64,000 nt of DNA from an uncultured archaeon (GTDB lineage Archaea; Iainarchaeota; Iainarchaeia; Iainarchaeales; 1-14-0-10-31-34), in NCBI GenBank assembly GCA_964442255.1, contig CAYTYC010000003.1:1-64000 (forward strand), read 5' to 3'. This document shows, piece by piece, positions 61,058-64,000 of this stretch (position 1 is the first letter of the stretch; each line of letters starts with the position of its first letter). The notes beneath the pieces were generated by a model. That model saw only the letters and a list, made by a program, of their open reading frames with translations, was not told where the DNA came from and did not search any database. The translations under genes and the position numbers were made by a program.

Positions 61058-61645
61058 ACCCGCGTAATCCAAATAAAACTTTTTAAGTTTGGGGGATTCT
61101 TTGTATACTGCCTTAAACCAGTCGCTTTCCACAATCGGCTTTGCCCGGGATATTATTTCCGTTTTTTGGGGTTTGGTGTTTTCGGGGCCCGGGGCTTTGG
61201 AAATCCGATCCAGTTCATCAAACAGGGGGGCGTGCTCATTAAATTCATTTAAAACATAGGTTCTGTCAAGCAGTTTTTCAATTGACGCGGCAATATCTGA
61301 TTCTTTTAGGTCCTTTTCATCCATGTAATACACTGCCTTCCAGTCCCCCTTGGATGACCAGTTATGGCAGGGGTTTTTTCCTGTCTTGAAGAAATTAACC
61401 AGGGTCTGGAAAGCATTTGGCGGAATCACCACACAATTTTTTCCGGGCCTCAGGTAAGGCCCTTTTGAAAGAACCCCGTGGCGCCAATATTTATAGGTTT
61501 TTCCGCTTGATTTGGAAACCGTCTGGGAATAACCGTAAAGTGCCCGAAAAAGCTTTTGGTAAGTATAAGAAGAGTGCCCCATTTTTTCAGGGATAATAAA
61601 TTTGTATTGGATGAAAAAGCCTTTTTGAGCCAAAGGACCCCCCAC
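61043..61645 (-). CDS. hypothetical protein
   Basis: 200 aa ORF with no recognised family. Confidence 0.65.
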   Translation of the reverse strand: MGGPLAQKGFFIQYKFIIPEKMGHSSYTYQKLFRALYGYSQTVSKSSGKTYKYWRHGVLSKGPYLRPGKNCVVIPPNAFQTLVNFFKTGKNPCHNWSSKGDWKAVYYMDEKDLKESDIAASIEKLLDRTYVLNEFNEHAPLFDELDRISKAPGPENTKPQKTEIISRAKPIVESDWFKAVYKESPKLKKFYLDYAGLSPD

Positions 61646-61765
61646 ACTTCCATTAATAGTTATTGTAAAGCAAAAACTTCTTTATGTATAAAACGTAAAC
61701 ATAAATTAATAAAAGGCTAACATTGCCGCATCTGCACTGCGACAATATTGTTTCCGCAAACTAAA

Positions 61766-62047
61766 CTATCTTCTTCGGGCGTGTGGGCGCTCTTCCTGGG
61801 ATGATGTGCCTTTTGCAGAAGAAACAAGGACAATGTCTTTTGTTGATTTGACGTTTTTGTATGGAATGCTTTTTTCGCTGATTATTTTCTTTGCTTCCTG
61901 CTTGGTTTTTGCCTTCAATGGTTCAGTGGTAATGGTTTCAATTTTTCCTTTCTCAAGATTTATCACAAGGTCGTAAACCTTGCCTTTGTGTTCAGCGGTT
62001 TCCGTGTATATGTCCATCCCAAAAAGTTTAGACAATCTCGTCGTCAT
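61766..62047 (-). CDS. PRC-barrel protein (CdpB-like)
   Basis: LSKLFGMDIYT...GKVYDLVIN...G...IPY..V...DIVLV. Confidence 0.85.
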   Translation of the reverse strand: MTTRLSKLFGMDIYTETAEHKGKVYDLVINLEKGKIETITTEPLKAKTKQEAKKIISEKSIPYKNVKSTKDIVLVSSAKGTSSQEERPHARRR

Positions 62048-62266
62048 GAATAGGCCTCCATTTAATTGTATTAAGTAAGTCTAATCTCATATTTAAGGGT
62101 TTGCCCCTTTTAAGGCTAAAACCGGTTTTTTTCAACAAGGAAAGGGAGTTATACATAAATAATATCCCAAAACCGGGAGAGTTCCCCTGGAGACGGGGGC
62201 AGGGGAGGGGAGTATACATAACATTTTTAATAAATTTGAGCCCAACGCAAAAGAAGAGAACCCCTG

Positions 62267-63133
62267 TTAATTAGTGGAACTGCGGGGGCGGGTCAGGCCG
62301 TCTAAAGGGCTGCGCACTTTTTTTAATTCATCGGTTGAAACTTTGGTGTAAATTTGAGTTGTGTTTAATGCGGCATGCCCGAGAAGCTCCTGTATTTTTC
62401 GTATATTTTCCCCGGCTTCCAGCAGGTGGGTTGCGTAAGAGTGGCGGAGGGAATGGGGGGTGACGTGCTTGTGTATGCCTGCTTTTAGGGAGGCGCGCTT
62501 CACAATCCGTTGGATTGTGTCAGGGGTAATGGGCTTGCCGTTTTTTTTGGTGAACACGAGTTCCCCCTGAACCTTCCTTCTTTTCAGGTATTTTTTGAAT
62601 CCTGAAATCCAGCGTTTTGCCAGAATTATTACCCTGTCTTTTTTTCCTTTCCCGCCCCTTACCATTGCAATTCCCTCACCCAATTCTAAGTCGTCAAGGC
62701 GTATTTTTGCGCACTCGCTTACCCGAACCCCTGAAGAGTAAAGAAACTCAATAATAAGGCGGTCGCGGCCCCGTTTTGCCGATTTTATCAGCGCCTTTAT
62801 TTCAGCCCTGGAAAGCACGGTGGGGAGCTTTTTTTCTTTTCGCGGAATCTTCACTTCATCCGCAATCTTCATTTTAAGGAATGAATGGAAAAAGAATTTG
62901 AGTGCGGAGTGGATTAAGGCAAGGGACGCGTTTGAAAGGCCGTCTTTTTCTTTTTTTTTGGCAAGGTATGCGATAATGTCATCCCTTGAGGCTGTTTCGG
63001 CAGGCGTTTTGATAAATTCCAGGAAATCCCTCAAATAGGTTTCATACATTTTAATTGTTTTGTCCGAATAGCCCCCGATAAGGAGCTCCTGCCTGAATTT
63101 ATTGATTTTCCGGGCGTTTTCAGGAAAAACCAT
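62267..63133 (-). CDS. xerA: XerA-type tyrosine recombinase
   Basis: LYSSGVRVSE, GKGKKDR, TPHSLRHSYATHLL, LLGH, TTQIY. Confidence 0.92.
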   Translation of the reverse strand: MVFPENARKINKFRQELLIGGYSDKTIKMYETYLRDFLEFIKTPAETASRDDIIAYLAKKKEKDGLSNASLALIHSALKFFFHSFLKMKIADEVKIPRKEKKLPTVLSRAEIKALIKSAKRGRDRLIIEFLYSSGVRVSECAKIRLDDLELGEGIAMVRGGKGKKDRVIILAKRWISGFKKYLKRRKVQGELVFTKKNGKPITPDTIQRIVKRASLKAGIHKHVTPHSLRHSYATHLLEAGENIRKIQELLGHAALNTTQIYTKVSTDELKKVRSPLDGLTRPRSSTN

Positions 63134-63181
63134 ATATTATTTAACGCTCTCCGCCTTATTAAATTGTTTTGGGGGATTTGA

Positions 63182-63997
63182 ATGGAAGCAATTGGGGCGG
63201 ATTTTGGGGCATCCACCGTGGACATAGTGCATTTGAAGGAAGGGCGGGTTTTGAAGGCAAAAAGCTGGCGGGCTGAAAAATTTCCGGGGCTGGAGAAAGC
63301 GCTTAATCAGTTCAAGCCCCCTGAAGGGGCAATTTTGGGGGTTACAGGGGGAAAAGCCTGGAAAATAAATAAAAAAAGGATACATGGCCTAAAAGTTAAG
63401 AAAATTCCGGAACTCAGGGCGATTGCGGTTGGCGGGCTGCATGGCACGGGAAAAAATAAAGGGGTTGTTGCGAGCTGCGGAACAGGCACCTGCGTGGTGC
63501 AGTACTCAGGCGGAAGGGCAGTTCACCTCGGCGGAACAGGGATAGGCGGAGGGACTGTTGAAGGGCTTTCAAGAAGGCTTTTCGGCGCGAAAAGCCCTGA
63601 AGTAATCGGCAGGCTTGCCAAAGGATGCAAGGCGGGAAAAGTTGACCTTACGGTTGGCGAAGTAATTGGAAAAGGCATTGGAAAGCTTTCGGGCAGGGCA
63701 ACGGCCGCCAATTTAGCGAAACTGGATTCAAAAAGCCGGAAAAAAGACGCGGCAGCAGGGATTATTTCAATGGCTTCGGAAGCCGCGGGGGTTGTGGCGT
63801 GCCTGGCGGCTTTCGGGGCAAGGGAAAAAGAGGCAATTTTCACGGGAAAACTGATTCACTACCCCGGAGTAAAGACCACCATCCGGGAGACCGGGAAAAT
63901 TTTTGGCGTCAGGGCCAACTTTTCAGCTCACGCGGGCTATGCAACGGCATTGGGTGCGGCGCGGATTGCCGGGGCGGGCAAAAAGCGAAACCCTTAA
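63182..63997 (+). CDS. type II (Fumble-like) pantothenate kinase
   Basis: GADFGAS, TGG, E..A...G, GTGT, GGTGIGGGT, DLTVG. Confidence 0.8.
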   Translation: MEAIGADFGASTVDIVHLKEGRVLKAKSWRAEKFPGLEKALNQFKPPEGAILGVTGGKAWKINKKRIHGLKVKKIPELRAIAVGGLHGTGKNKGVVASCGTGTCVVQYSGGRAVHLGGTGIGGGTVEGLSRRLFGAKSPEVIGRLAKGCKAGKVDLTVGEVIGKGIGKLSGRATAANLAKLDSKSRKKDAAAGIISMASEAAGVVACLAAFGAREKEAIFTGKLIHYPGVKTTIRETGKIFGVRANFSAHAGYATALGAARIAGAGKKRNP

Positions 63998-64000
63998 ATT

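Noticed and set aside
60270..63133. Integrated virus or plasmid between tRNA-iMet and the recombinase
   Set aside because: No att duplication of the tRNA 3' end was seen; the recombinase looks like chromosomal XerA and the PRC-barrel gene is housekeeping-like.

Overview
Archaeal chromosomal window, most likely DPANN and probably Iainarchaeota/Diapherotrites (inferred from RPA, RadA, TFE, aTrm56, GGGP synthase, class I LysRS, SRP RNA and a bacterial-type long RelA/SpoT homologue). It is mostly housekeeping and biosynthetic: guaB, guaA, purE/C/B/A, carAB, nadAB, metH/metF, tdh/kbl, FBP aldolase/phosphatase, tpiA, ino1, membrane PPase, trxB and three aminoacyl-tRNA synthetases. It also holds five tRNA genes, one decayed IS481-like element, several basic orphan ORFs and three N gaps. 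The main finding is a 39-nt bulge-helix-bulge (BHB) intron (20563-20601) in the protein-coding gene carB. It carries an in-frame TGA, and cutting at the canonical BHB positions exactly restores the conserved IGEAGE|FDYSG motif, which implies mRNA splicing by the tRNA-splicing endonuclease. All five tRNAs also carry BHB introns, three at non-canonical positions and two unusually long and structured (99 nt and about 259 nt). Other signals: a RelA-like RSH with a degenerate hydrolase domain, an SRP RNA apparently lacking helix 6, a fossil 3' end of a second hppA allele, promoter-containing duplications, hairpin arrays next to tRNAs, and a probable ATT start for purA.
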